Of a DNA stretch of 44,041 bases, positions 29,928 to 37,911 are shown piece after piece (position 1 is the first letter of the stretch; each line of letters starts with the position of its first letter). The stretch comes from an uncultured virus (IMG/VR IMGVR_UViG_3300022660_003376) (Duplodnaviria > Heunggongvirae > Uroviricota > Caudoviricetes): IMG/VR virus record IMGVR_UViG_3300022660_003376. One strand, 5' to 3'. The position numbers and the translations under genes were made by a program. The notes beneath the pieces are model-generated. The model was not told the DNA's origin. It made no database searches and saw only the letters and a program-made list of their open reading frames with translations.

Positions 29928-30902
29928 ATGAACATAGGTATTTCAGTCGATGATATAGATTTGTTTGTAGAGCCTGTTATACAGCCACAGAATACCGAAC
30001 CTGTATATAAGACTTTAACATCGGAGTCAATATTATCTGTATTTAAGAGTGGTATTGGTTTGGATATCGCTAAAAACCATACGGGTGTAAGCATATGGCG
30101 AGACGGTGTATTAACTACGCAGGGTTTTGCAATAGATATGGAGTATGAAAAGACCGACTATATGGCTGAAGCGAAGATGCGTTTAGAGTTCAAGAAAAAG
30201 CTGACTGAGATACTGCAGGGGTATGACTGGGAAGTATGTGTTGTAGAAGACGTTTACGGAGGTACAAATTTCGACACAACACGTAAGTTATTGGCTTTAA
30301 ACTGTGTTGTAGATGAATTGGCTCTTGAGGGTATCATTAATATAGAACACATATACAGGCTTAAGGAAGCTGAATGGATGCGTAGTCTTAGGCAACTCAC
30401 TAAGGCAGGTAGGCGTTTAAACTCTAAGTATGAGTGTCAAGCGATATTAGAGTATATAAACTTTCCATTTTATCTTGAAAACAAGGATAAAACGGATACT
30501 TACAAGAAGTCGATATTCTTTGAGGATAGATGTGATGCTACTGGTCAGTTACTTGCTCTTGCTTTGAAGATGACAGAAGTAGATAATGGTTTAAAGAGTA
30601 GCTCTGTTAAGTTATCTAATGTTTATATGGAATACTTCGAGGACGATGACGATATTTATTTAACTGGAGATAAGGTTCTTTGTGAGGCTAATATATTAGT
30701 TGAGGAATATCCTGAAGGTGTAAAGAATGTGGAGTCTGTTTTATTAGAATTTGTGGAGAAAAACCCAGATTACATTATAATGATGAGAGTACAAAATGTT
30801 CAATTGGGTACTTTCGGAATAGCCAATGGGTTTACATATTACGAGCAAGGTTTTGGGTATCTTGTTTTTTATGATAAATCCTTGAGACGTAAGTATAAAT
30901 AA
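29928..30902 (+). CDS. RuvC-like Holliday junction resolvase with C-terminal extension
   Basis: GIGLDIAKNHTGVS, VVEDVY, EW, DRCDA: RNase H-fold acidic motifs. Confidence 0.7.
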   Translation: MNIGISVDDIDLFVEPVIQPQNTEPVYKTLTSESILSVFKSGIGLDIAKNHTGVSIWRDGVLTTQGFAIDMEYEKTDYMAEAKMRLEFKKKLTEILQGYDWEVCVVEDVYGGTNFDTTRKLLALNCVVDELALEGIINIEHIYRLKEAEWMRSLRQLTKAGRRLNSKYECQAILEYINFPFYLENKDKTDTYKKSIFFEDRCDATGQLLALALKMTEVDNGLKSSSVKLSNVYMEYFEDDDDIYLTGDKVLCEANILVEEYPEGVKNVESVLLEFVEKNPDYIIMMRVQNVQLGTFGIANGFTYYEQGFGYLVFYDKSLRRKYK

Positions 30903-30919
30903 TTCAAGGGGGTATTATA

Positions 30920-31189
30920 ATGGTATCGAAGTTTATGGTAATACAGACGATAGCTAATGAGGTAGGTGTGAAGTCAATGCAAAGAGGTGCTTCTGGTGTA
31001 AGTCAAACTGTAAAAATAGAAGAAACGCCAGCATCTCTTAGACATGCTTGCACAATGGGAGGAATATCGTATTTACCGAAGAATATGTATACTTGTGATT
31101 TATCGGGTGGTTATGGACAGCCTGTAAGTATACCTTATTATTTCTGTAGTGTTTGTGGTAAATTCTTTATATACAATGATTTCATGTGA
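30920..31189 (+). CDS. small Cys-containing (Zn-ribbon-like) protein
   Basis: HAC ... YFCSVCGK. Confidence 0.65.
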   Translation: MVSKFMVIQTIANEVGVKSMQRGASGVSQTVKIEETPASLRHACTMGGISYLPKNMYTCDLSGGYGQPVSIPYYFCSVCGKFFIYNDFM

Positions 31190-31206
31190 CAATTGGTGGG
31201 TAGTTT

Positions 31207-31857
31207 ATGTTTTATTTAATAGAGTTAAAGAACCATGCATATGTGCTAGACACATCTGATAATGTTATTGACAAGGTTTCACGTGCGACATTTAACAAAA
31301 TAATCAAGAGCATAGCAATACAGGGTGCAGGTACATCGTGTAATGATTCAGTGCCTTGTGTACCTAATGATTATAGGGTACTAACTGATTTAAGAAGTTC
31401 TTGTGCATTGGTTTTGAATGAAATATTCACGATAGTGGATGAAGCAGGGATACATACACATTTTGCAGGCAAGGCGATAGTGACTGGAATAAAGGGTATG
31501 CAGACCTTGAAAAATTTATTGTCTTGTGGTATAATTGCATTGAAGTCCGTAATAAATCTGGATGGTCTTGTATTGGATACTACTGAGGTAGCAATTACAT
31601 ATACTGCGAATACATTTGATACTTTGCCTAATGGCATATATCTTTCAGACTACTTGATATTTAGCTATTTCTATGCTGATGCTAATAGGGAGTATATGAG
31701 TGTATCTAAGAAATTAGATTTTCCATTCAATGCACCCTACGGCTTATCGTCTAATACGTCTATGTTTCAGGAGTTTGAATTTGCAGGAAATTTTAAAAAG
31801 ACGTACTGGGATTTAAGACAGTACCTATTAAATAAATATATTGTATTAAAAATATAG
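31207..31857 (+). CDS. hypothetical protein sharing an N-terminal module with 21939..24869
   Basis: MFYLIELKNHAYVLDTSDNVIDKVS...IAIQG. Confidence 0.7.
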   Translation: MFYLIELKNHAYVLDTSDNVIDKVSRATFNKIIKSIAIQGAGTSCNDSVPCVPNDYRVLTDLRSSCALVLNEIFTIVDEAGIHTHFAGKAIVTGIKGMQTLKNLLSCGIIALKSVINLDGLVLDTTEVAITYTANTFDTLPNGIYLSDYLIFSYFYADANREYMSVSKKLDFPFNAPYGLSSNTSMFQEFEFAGNFKKTYWDLRQYLLNKYIVLKI

Positions 31858-32090
31858 GGGTATTCATAATTCAAGACTTTTTATTCAAAATAAGATTGCG
31901 AAATTTTAATACAGACATTACGCTAGTTAAGCGGTCTATGAAATAAAACATTAACAAAAATTACGAGTTAATTCATATGACGAAGTTCGGCTCAAAATGT
32001 TTAAGTAATTTCAAATTTTAAAATAAAATTCAGCTGATACTCTTAATAATTGGTGTATCAGCTAAAACTTTGGTTTAAGTGGGAGGCTTT

Positions 32091-32378
32091 ATGGACACGA
32101 GCATTACGAGAGTAGTTATAGATTCGTTCACTCCACAGACAAGTGGTACTTGTGCTGAGGTATCAGTAGTAATAAACGATGCTTTAGCTATACATAAGAT
32201 TTCAGTGATAAGCGGAGAACGAGGGTTATTTGTTGCGATGCCAAATACAGGTCAGACTAAGATGTCTAAGAACGGTAAGCGTTTCTCAGACATAGTTCAC
32301 CCTCTTAATAAGGATTTGGCATCTCAGATATCAGATGCTGTTTTAAATGCATATAATGCAAAATTAAAGAGTAAGTAG
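32091..32378 (+). CDS. spoVG: SpoVG-family nucleic-acid-binding protein
   Basis: IT.V.I...A.VSVVINDALAIHKISVISGERGLFVAMP...FSDIVHPL...I..AVL.AY; GGAGG before ATG 32091. Confidence 0.9.
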   Translation: MDTSITRVVIDSFTPQTSGTCAEVSVVINDALAIHKISVISGERGLFVAMPNTGQTKMSKNGKRFSDIVHPLNKDLASQISDAVLNAYNAKLKSK

Positions 32379-32381
32379 GGT

Positions 32382-32420
32382 AAATCACGGGTACTTTACA
32401 AAGTATTCGTGATTTTTTCT
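32382..32420 (+). terminator. intrinsic terminator
   Basis: AAATCACGGGTACTTT/AAAGTATTCGTGATTT stem plus T tract. Confidence 0.75.
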
Positions 32421-32466
32421 GTGATATTGAATATATTTAATAGTAAAATGAAAGGTGGTATAATAT

Positions 32467-34047
32467 TTGGGCAGGGCGAAGATAGTAGAGTATAAAAATG
32501 ATAGATACAAGGGTAGTCTAACTGATGCTCAGTGTGACCAGTTGGAGCGAATAATAGATATAGACAGCAGAGGCGAAGCTTTTCATGATTTAACTCATTT
32601 GATATATGAACTTTCTGAGACAGACACTCATAAGCTTATAACTACTATGGAGGAAGAAGGGCGAGAAGCGGACGATATTGATATGAAGCATGGTACGCTT
32701 ACACCTATGCAAACTACAGGCGTAGCGTATATGTACATAGCTAAGGATTGCATGTTGGGTGACTCGGTTGGTCTTGGTAAGACTATAGAAACTGCTGGTC
32801 TTGTACGTATGTTACAGCAGGAGTATGCACAGCAGGGCAAGGAGTTTAAGTATTTGATGTTGACTGAGAAGAACCTTATAAATCAAACAAGGTTTAAGAT
32901 GGTTCGCTTCACAGGGCAGTATGTGCATAGCTTGGAAGGAGACAAAAAGAGTTGTTCTAATTTTATATCTTGGTATCCTTTCGGGACTAATTTAAGACAT
33001 AGTATAGTGGGTAGTCACACCTTACTTAATCAGCCTGTTTTTACTGCTTGGTTGGCTGAGTGTTATAGTCAGGGTATGTTTCCATTTGATATGTTAATTG
33101 TGGATGAAAGTGCTGTTTTAGGCAATTCCACGGCAGGCATCTCTAAGAACGCATCGATATTAATGCCGTACTTTAATCGTAGGATATTTTTAAACGCTAC
33201 ACCTTTCAAGACTAAGCTTGATAGTTTTTATAATCAGCTTAATTTGTTAGACCCTAAGTTACTGCCAACAAAGACTAATTTCCAAGCTGAGTATGTAATA
33301 TTTGATTATCGAGGAGCATATCGCAAGCCATCGGGTAAGTATAAGAATGCTAATCAGTTTAGGAGACTAATTGGTTATCGTTATTTCGCCAGAACGAGAG
33401 AAGAGAAAGGTGCTGTAATGGAGGGTTGTACTGGTAAGGTTGTTGTTTCACCACTATCCAAGGCACAGAAAGAGTGCTTAAGGAAAACAATGATACCGCA
33501 AATGGTATATGATTGCCCTAGTGCAATAGACCCAGACATAGATTATTGTATGGATAATGTGCCGAAGCTACAGAGTATATATCAACTGCTTACCGAAGAT
33601 TGTGTAGATGCAGAGACAATATTGATATTTGTAAATTACCATGAGGCACAGGAGTGTTTATCTGAGTGGTTGACATGCAATGGGTATTCCAACAGGATAC
33701 TCTGTGGTGAGACTAAAGACGCTGATAGGGTACGCATAATAAATGGTTTTAAGAATGCTGATTTTAGGATTCTTTTAACTAATGTACAGAAAGGTCTTGA
33801 CTTTGGTAATTGTGATTACTGTATATTCTACAGTTTCGACCCAAGTCCAGCAAATATGGTACAGTTCGAGGGTAGAATTACCCGTAGTTTTGACATAATA
33901 AATAAGCATATTATGCTATTATGTTCTGAGGGAAAAGAACTTGATAGATTAAATGATGTTATCAAGGCAAGAGCGAAAGCCAGCTCTGAGTTTACGAAGG
34001 CAGACTTGTCTTGTGTAATGTCGTTATTATTGGATGGTAAAGGATGA
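32467..34047 (+). CDS. SF2 SNF2-like helicase
   Basis: GDSVGLGKT, IVDESA, LNATP, ILIF, KGLDF, QFEGRITR. Confidence 0.85.
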   Translation: MGRAKIVEYKNDRYKGSLTDAQCDQLERIIDIDSRGEAFHDLTHLIYELSETDTHKLITTMEEEGREADDIDMKHGTLTPMQTTGVAYMYIAKDCMLGDSVGLGKTIETAGLVRMLQQEYAQQGKEFKYLMLTEKNLINQTRFKMVRFTGQYVHSLEGDKKSCSNFISWYPFGTNLRHSIVGSHTLLNQPVFTAWLAECYSQGMFPFDMLIVDESAVLGNSTAGISKNASILMPYFNRRIFLNATPFKTKLDSFYNQLNLLDPKLLPTKTNFQAEYVIFDYRGAYRKPSGKYKNANQFRRLIGYRYFARTREEKGAVMEGCTGKVVVSPLSKAQKECLRKTMIPQMVYDCPSAIDPDIDYCMDNVPKLQSIYQLLTEDCVDAETILIFVNYHEAQECLSEWLTCNGYSNRILCGETKDADRVRIINGFKNADFRILLTNVQKGLDFGNCDYCIFYSFDPSPANMVQFEGRITRSFDIINKHIMLLCSEGKELDRLNDVIKARAKASSEFTKADLSCVMSLLLDGKG

Positions 34048-34051
34048 TTTT

Positions 34052-34408
34052 ATGTTTAGAAGAGTTAAACTACCAAATGATGTAGTAAATACAATAAGAA
34101 ACACAACAAGAGATTTTTTAGACTATGCAGTAACTGACGTAAGTAAGCAATTACCACGTGAGTATCATTCAATAAATACTTCAATAAGGCGTATGCGAGA
34201 CGTTTACAGACATTGTTTGTGTCTTGCACTTGGTTTACAGAGTACACCAAACTTCACGGGTATCGATGCGGTGTATCCTTTGTTTACTGCAAGAATGCGT
34301 GAGCAACTGGGTAAATATCTGGAGTGTTCAGAGGAATATCGCAGAGGGGTACTTCAGTTTGGGGTAAATTGTTTTATAGATTTAACTGATTCAAGGAGGG
34401 GTTATTAA
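34052..34408 (+). CDS. hypothetical protein
   Basis: ORF coupled to neighbours (TAATG overlap at 34406-34410). Confidence 0.65.
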   Translation: MFRRVKLPNDVVNTIRNTTRDFLDYAVTDVSKQLPREYHSINTSIRRMRDVYRHCLCLALGLQSTPNFTGIDAVYPLFTARMREQLGKYLECSEEYRRGVLQFGVNCFIDLTDSRRGY

Positions 34409-35274
34409 TGCAACAGCAGACATGTCCATACAACTGTAAGAATGGAAAGGTTATGAACCGAGTTACAAGAAAGATGGAGACTTGTCCTCATTGTGCGGAG
34501 TTAAGGGCGAAGCAGGCAAGAGGCGAGGCGGTATGTGAGGATGGCACATACATATATGACTATCTGAAAGTTCCAGAGAGATATACTGGTTTAGCTTTCA
34601 GCATGGACTTGGTGATACCACCTAAGTTTCAGCAAACTAGGCTTATACCAGAGTCTATAGACGAGGTTGATATAGTACTGAAGTCGTTAATAAATGACGT
34701 AACATTAGGTGAAGTACCTAATAGAACATACTTATTTAACTTAGGTGAATGTGCTGATATTTCAGCCTTTGCGTTTCCTTTCTTAATAAAGGCATACAAG
34801 GCAGGGTTAAAGGTAGCACCGTTAGTAACATCACTGGATTTACAGAGACTGCGTGTAAAGCTTGAGCGTTCATTCGACTTAGACTACACCCCTGTAACAG
34901 TTCTTGAACATTACGGTGATAACTATGACGATTATCTTAATGCAGATGTTTGCGTAGTGGTTCTTGATGCTGGTGCGACTATGAGGGATTTAAATGCAGT
35001 GCGAGGTTTAATAGATAATCGTGCTGACAAAGGTCGTGCAACATTAGTATTTACATATGCGTATTTCGATAGACTGTTTGCATTGTGTACGCATGGTGAT
35101 GAGTTAAGTTTACGTTTGGCTACTTTAATTCAGGTACGTTATCAAAAGCGAGAAAACGGAAGCTCAAATAGGGGTACTAATGCTAGTCAGCAACAACCTA
35201 CGCTATCTTTTGTGCAGGAGATATCAAAGAGAAGTCTTGACACAAACATCGGTATTGCACAGGCAGATTTTTAA
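34408..35274 (+). CDS. Zn-finger plus degenerate DnaC/IstB-like AAA+ protein
   Basis: CPYNCKNG...CPHC, KVPERY, YLNADVCVVVLD, LIDNRADKGRATLVFT; no intact Walker A. Confidence 0.55.
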   Translation: MQQQTCPYNCKNGKVMNRVTRKMETCPHCAELRAKQARGEAVCEDGTYIYDYLKVPERYTGLAFSMDLVIPPKFQQTRLIPESIDEVDIVLKSLINDVTLGEVPNRTYLFNLGECADISAFAFPFLIKAYKAGLKVAPLVTSLDLQRLRVKLERSFDLDYTPVTVLEHYGDNYDDYLNADVCVVVLDAGATMRDLNAVRGLIDNRADKGRATLVFTYAYFDRLFALCTHGDELSLRLATLIQVRYQKRENGSSNRGTNASQQQPTLSFVQEISKRSLDTNIGIAQADF

Positions 35275-35294
35275 AAAATTTTTATAAGACTTGC

Positions 35295-35323
35295 TTGACA
35301 TTGCATAAGAATTGTGTTATAAT
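35295..35323 (+). promoter_or_regulatory. consensus sigma-A promoter P1
   Basis: TTGACA (35295-35300), 17 nt, TATAAT (35318-35323), with extended TG. Confidence 0.9.
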
Positions 35324-35329
35324 ATAGGC

Positions 35330-35435
35330 GTGGTAAAGGAGAACTGTGCGAAATTAGGTTCTTCTTATATAACACCTTGTGATTTAATATAATGTTGTGC
35401 GTGAAGAGGGCAAGTCTTAAGACTTGCCCTTTTTC
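35330..35435 (+). ncRNA. putative small RNA 1 (~105 nt)
   Basis: Lies between P1 and a perfect terminator; 5' hairpin AAGGAGAAC/GTTCTTCTT; ACACCTT tract; no ORF. Confidence 0.55.
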
Positions 35436-35439
35436 TTTT
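35404..35439 (+). terminator. intrinsic terminator
   Basis: AGGGCAAGTC-TTAA-GACTTGCCCT plus TTTTCTTTT. Confidence 0.85.
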
Positions 35440-35462
35440 GATTATATGAGTGAGGTGGTATT

Positions 35463-35762
35463 ATGGGTATAGGTTTGGAAGACAGGAAGAAGGTATTTTA
35501 TAGAATAGTAGATGCTTTTACTCTTATATGTTTTGTAACGTTTTTGTCGCTATGCTTCTTACATAATCTTTGCATAGCTTGTGTGAGTACAAATAAGCTT
35601 TCTGAGGAGATAGCTTATGGTGTTTTAGATATGGTTTCTAAAATCAGACATATATTTAGTGTATACGCTCCAATCACATTAGTTTCGTGTATATTTTGTT
35701 TATGTTGTTGGGTAGTTCGTATTAGAGAGGAGTTTAGATGTAATGGCAAGAGTAAAACTTAA
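35463..35762 (+). CDS. small two-TM membrane protein
   Basis: GAGGTGG RBS; two Cys-rich hydrophobic segments. Confidence 0.7.
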   Translation: MGIGLEDRKKVFYRIVDAFTLICFVTFLSLCFLHNLCIACVSTNKLSEEIAYGVLDMVSKIRHIFSVYAPITLVSCIFCLCCWVVRIREEFRCNGKSKT

Positions 35763-35926
35763 TTGCAAGTGTGCTTTATGTGGTAGTATGTTTGAGCATA
35801 TAAAGTTTTTGAGTAGTAGAGAGCAGGCTGATGCTTATACAAATGCTTAAAAGCTACGGCTTATTTAAGTTGTATATTTGTTTAACTGAGACAAGTGCGG
35901 AAAAGTTATTGCAGGAATTAGCATAG
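35743..35926 (+). pseudogene. probable gene remnant (CxxC N-terminus, broken frame)
   Basis: GAGGAG RBS, MARVKLNCKCALCGSMFEHIKFLSSREQADAYTNA* (35743-35850), then overlapping 27-aa frame 35843-35926. Confidence 0.4.
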
Positions 35927-35933
35927 AAATCTA

Positions 35934-35962
35934 TTGACAAAGTATAAAATATATGCTATAAT
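35934..35962 (+). promoter_or_regulatory. consensus sigma-A promoter P2
   Basis: TTGACA (35934-35939), 17 nt, TATAAT (35957-35962), with extended TG. Confidence 0.9.
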
Positions 35963-35968
35963 TCTAGT

Positions 35969-36045
35969 ATAACATTACACATTATGTAATGTATCTCCTA
36001 GTATGAGCCGTGCTTTACTGACCGAAGCATGGCTCATGTTATTTA
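35969..36045 (+). ncRNA. putative small RNA 2 (~75 nt)
   Basis: Hairpin ACATTACA/TGTAATGT, unpaired ATCTCCTA, then hairpin ATGAGCCGTGCTT/AAGCATGGCTCAT; no ORF. Confidence 0.6.
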
Positions 36046-36051
36046 TTATAC

Positions 36052-36080
36052 TTGACAAATAGAACTATGTATGCTATAAT
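36052..36080 (+). promoter_or_regulatory. consensus sigma-A promoter P3
   Basis: TTGACA (36052-36057), 17 nt, TATAAT (36075-36080), with extended TG. Confidence 0.9.
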
Positions 36081-36086
36081 AGGTGT

Positions 36087-36190
36087 ACCATGTGATAGTC
36101 ACTTATAAAGAGGTACTCCTTACTTCATGATTATCATTATGCTTAATTTTTTCTTTAGACCATACTCACTAACATGAGTATGGTTTTTCT
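36087..36190 (+). ncRNA. putative small RNA 3 (~100 nt)
   Basis: Stem TGATAGTCA/TGATTATCA enclosing ACTCCTT; terminator AGACCATACTCA/TGAGTATGGTTT plus T tract. Confidence 0.55.
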
Positions 36191-36330
36191 ATTATATTAT
36201 ACAGAGGAGTTTCTAATAGTAAGTTATTTATGCAGAAATAAGTATAGGTTCGGCACGTTTCATAAGTTTTTGTATAAAACGTGTTGTTTTGTATATTAAT
36301 AAATTCTTATTTAAAGAAAGGGGTATTCCT

Positions 36331-37746
36331 TTGAATAATATAAAATTAGAGATATCAGACTTTTTAAGTTACTATGATTTAAACGGTGATGAGGCTATAG
36401 AGAGTGCTCATGTTGAGAGATTAGAAAACTTTATATATCAATGCAACAAGGCTATGGTTGATGGCACACCTTTAGTAGCTGATGCTATATACGATAGATT
36501 GTACGATATATTAAAGACCGTCAATCCCGATTCGAGATATTTAAAAGAATTGTGGTCGGATGCAGATGAGGTTGAAGACGAGGAGTTTATAAATGATGAC
36601 TTACAGCTCCATTTACGCACAAGCCCTATGCTAAGTATCTGTACATGTAAGTCATATGATTGTCAGGAGTTACTCGATTTCGTAAAGAGACTTCCTGATA
36701 ACACACCATTTGACGCACATATTTCCTGTAAGGAGAATGGACATGGTATAAGAATAGTATACAAAGATGGTGCTTATGTAAGTGCTACAAGTAGAGCAAG
36801 ACGGTCTGCAGGTCATGATATAACAAAGCAAATGGGTATAATCCTTGCAAATCAGGGTCTTGACTATATAGAAGACTTTGCAGAGCGTGGTATAGTTGAG
36901 GTTCGTGGTGAGGTTGTACTACCTTTAAGTAAGTTAAGTGATGCAAGAGCGTATAACCCAACAATAGCTTCTGCATTCTCAGGGGTATCATCTATGTTAA
37001 GAGACAGTGCTACTCCAGAGGAGAATTTACTGCTTAACTTTATTGCATACAAGGTATTATTTGATGATGCTGAGTTTGAAACAAAGTCTGAGGAGTACAA
37101 TTATCTCGATAGTTTAGGCTTTACAGTACCTTTACATTGGCTTGTAGAGGGTCTTACAAAGGAGACTTTGCTCGCAGAGTTACCTAGTATAGTAAGTGAC
37201 TGCGAAGACTCAGTATTGGGCGAAAACGGTGATGAAGCTTATGACTATTACACAGACGGTCTAGTATTCGAGTTAGACGACAGAGAATTATTTTATTCTT
37301 TGGGTGGTGACTCTAAATACAATTATGGTAATGTAGCCTTAAAAGTGGGGTATTGGAAGCAGGATATGCTTTCAGGTTATGTGCAGTGTATAATGTGGAC
37401 TGACGGAAAGGTTAAGTACTCCCCTGTTGCTATAGTTGCTGAAGAGCCAGACATGATTGAATTTGAAGACTTGGATAATCACGACTATATTAAATCTCAG
37501 AGTGAAATTTCCAACTGGAGTGAGTTGGGTGTTGCAACTCAGAACGGTAATAGGGTGAGACGAATACCTTTATATGAGCCAAACAACATTGCTATACTGA
37601 ATGCAGTTGTGGGTAATATACTGCACTTTAGGTATGGTGGTGAAGCAGGGGTAGTTCCTTGTTTCAGTGATGGTACACCGTTATCTGAGGGTCGCATTTC
37701 TCAGATATTTGAGGATGAGGAAGATGCTTGGGATTATGGTGACTAG
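36331..37746 (+). CDS. divergent NAD-dependent DNA ligase-like protein (Ia, adenylation and OB domains only)
   Basis: DAIYDRL, PMLSI, motif I CKENG, EVRGE, TDGLV, ALK, SPVA; no Zn/HhH/BRCT; TTG 36331 follows AAAGGGG. Confidence 0.8.
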   Translation: MNNIKLEISDFLSYYDLNGDEAIESAHVERLENFIYQCNKAMVDGTPLVADAIYDRLYDILKTVNPDSRYLKELWSDADEVEDEEFINDDLQLHLRTSPMLSICTCKSYDCQELLDFVKRLPDNTPFDAHISCKENGHGIRIVYKDGAYVSATSRARRSAGHDITKQMGIILANQGLDYIEDFAERGIVEVRGEVVLPLSKLSDARAYNPTIASAFSGVSSMLRDSATPEENLLLNFIAYKVLFDDAEFETKSEEYNYLDSLGFTVPLHWLVEGLTKETLLAELPSIVSDCEDSVLGENGDEAYDYYTDGLVFELDDRELFYSLGGDSKYNYGNVALKVGYWKQDMLSGYVQCIMWTDGKVKYSPVAIVAEEPDMIEFEDLDNHDYIKSQSEISNWSELGVATQNGNRVRRIPLYEPNNIAILNAVVGNILHFRYGGEAGVVPCFSDGTPLSEGRISQIFEDEEDAWDYGD

Positions 37747-37758
37747 GGTATTCGGATT

Positions 37759-37795
37759 AGAGTTATGTTCTTAGGGGCATAACTCTTTATTTTTA
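37759..37795 (+). terminator. intrinsic terminator
   Basis: AGAGTTATGTTC/GGGCATAACTCT stem plus TTATTTTT. Confidence 0.7.
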
Positions 37796-37911
37796 CATTT
37801 ACGTATTATGAGATTTTATTTAATAAATCTCATGTTTATATAAGGTGTTTCAAAAATTTTATGATACTTTGGTAATAAGATAAATAAATCTATGAATATA
37901 GAGGTGATGCT

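Noticed and set aside
29928..30902. RuvC-like protein as a TnpB/Cas12-type RNA-guided nuclease
   Set aside because: RuvC motifs are N-terminal and compact, with no Zn ribbon and no adjacent non-coding scaffold
35336..35357. AAGGAG followed by GTG in sRNA1 as a coding start
   Set aside because: Frame closes after 3 codons (GTG CGA AAT TAG) and the SD is inside a stem
35950..36125. Type I toxin ORFs antisense to the putative sRNAs
   Set aside because: Minus-strand AGGAG sites lead only to 8-aa (MCNVILEL) and 18-aa frames with poor spacing and no TM character
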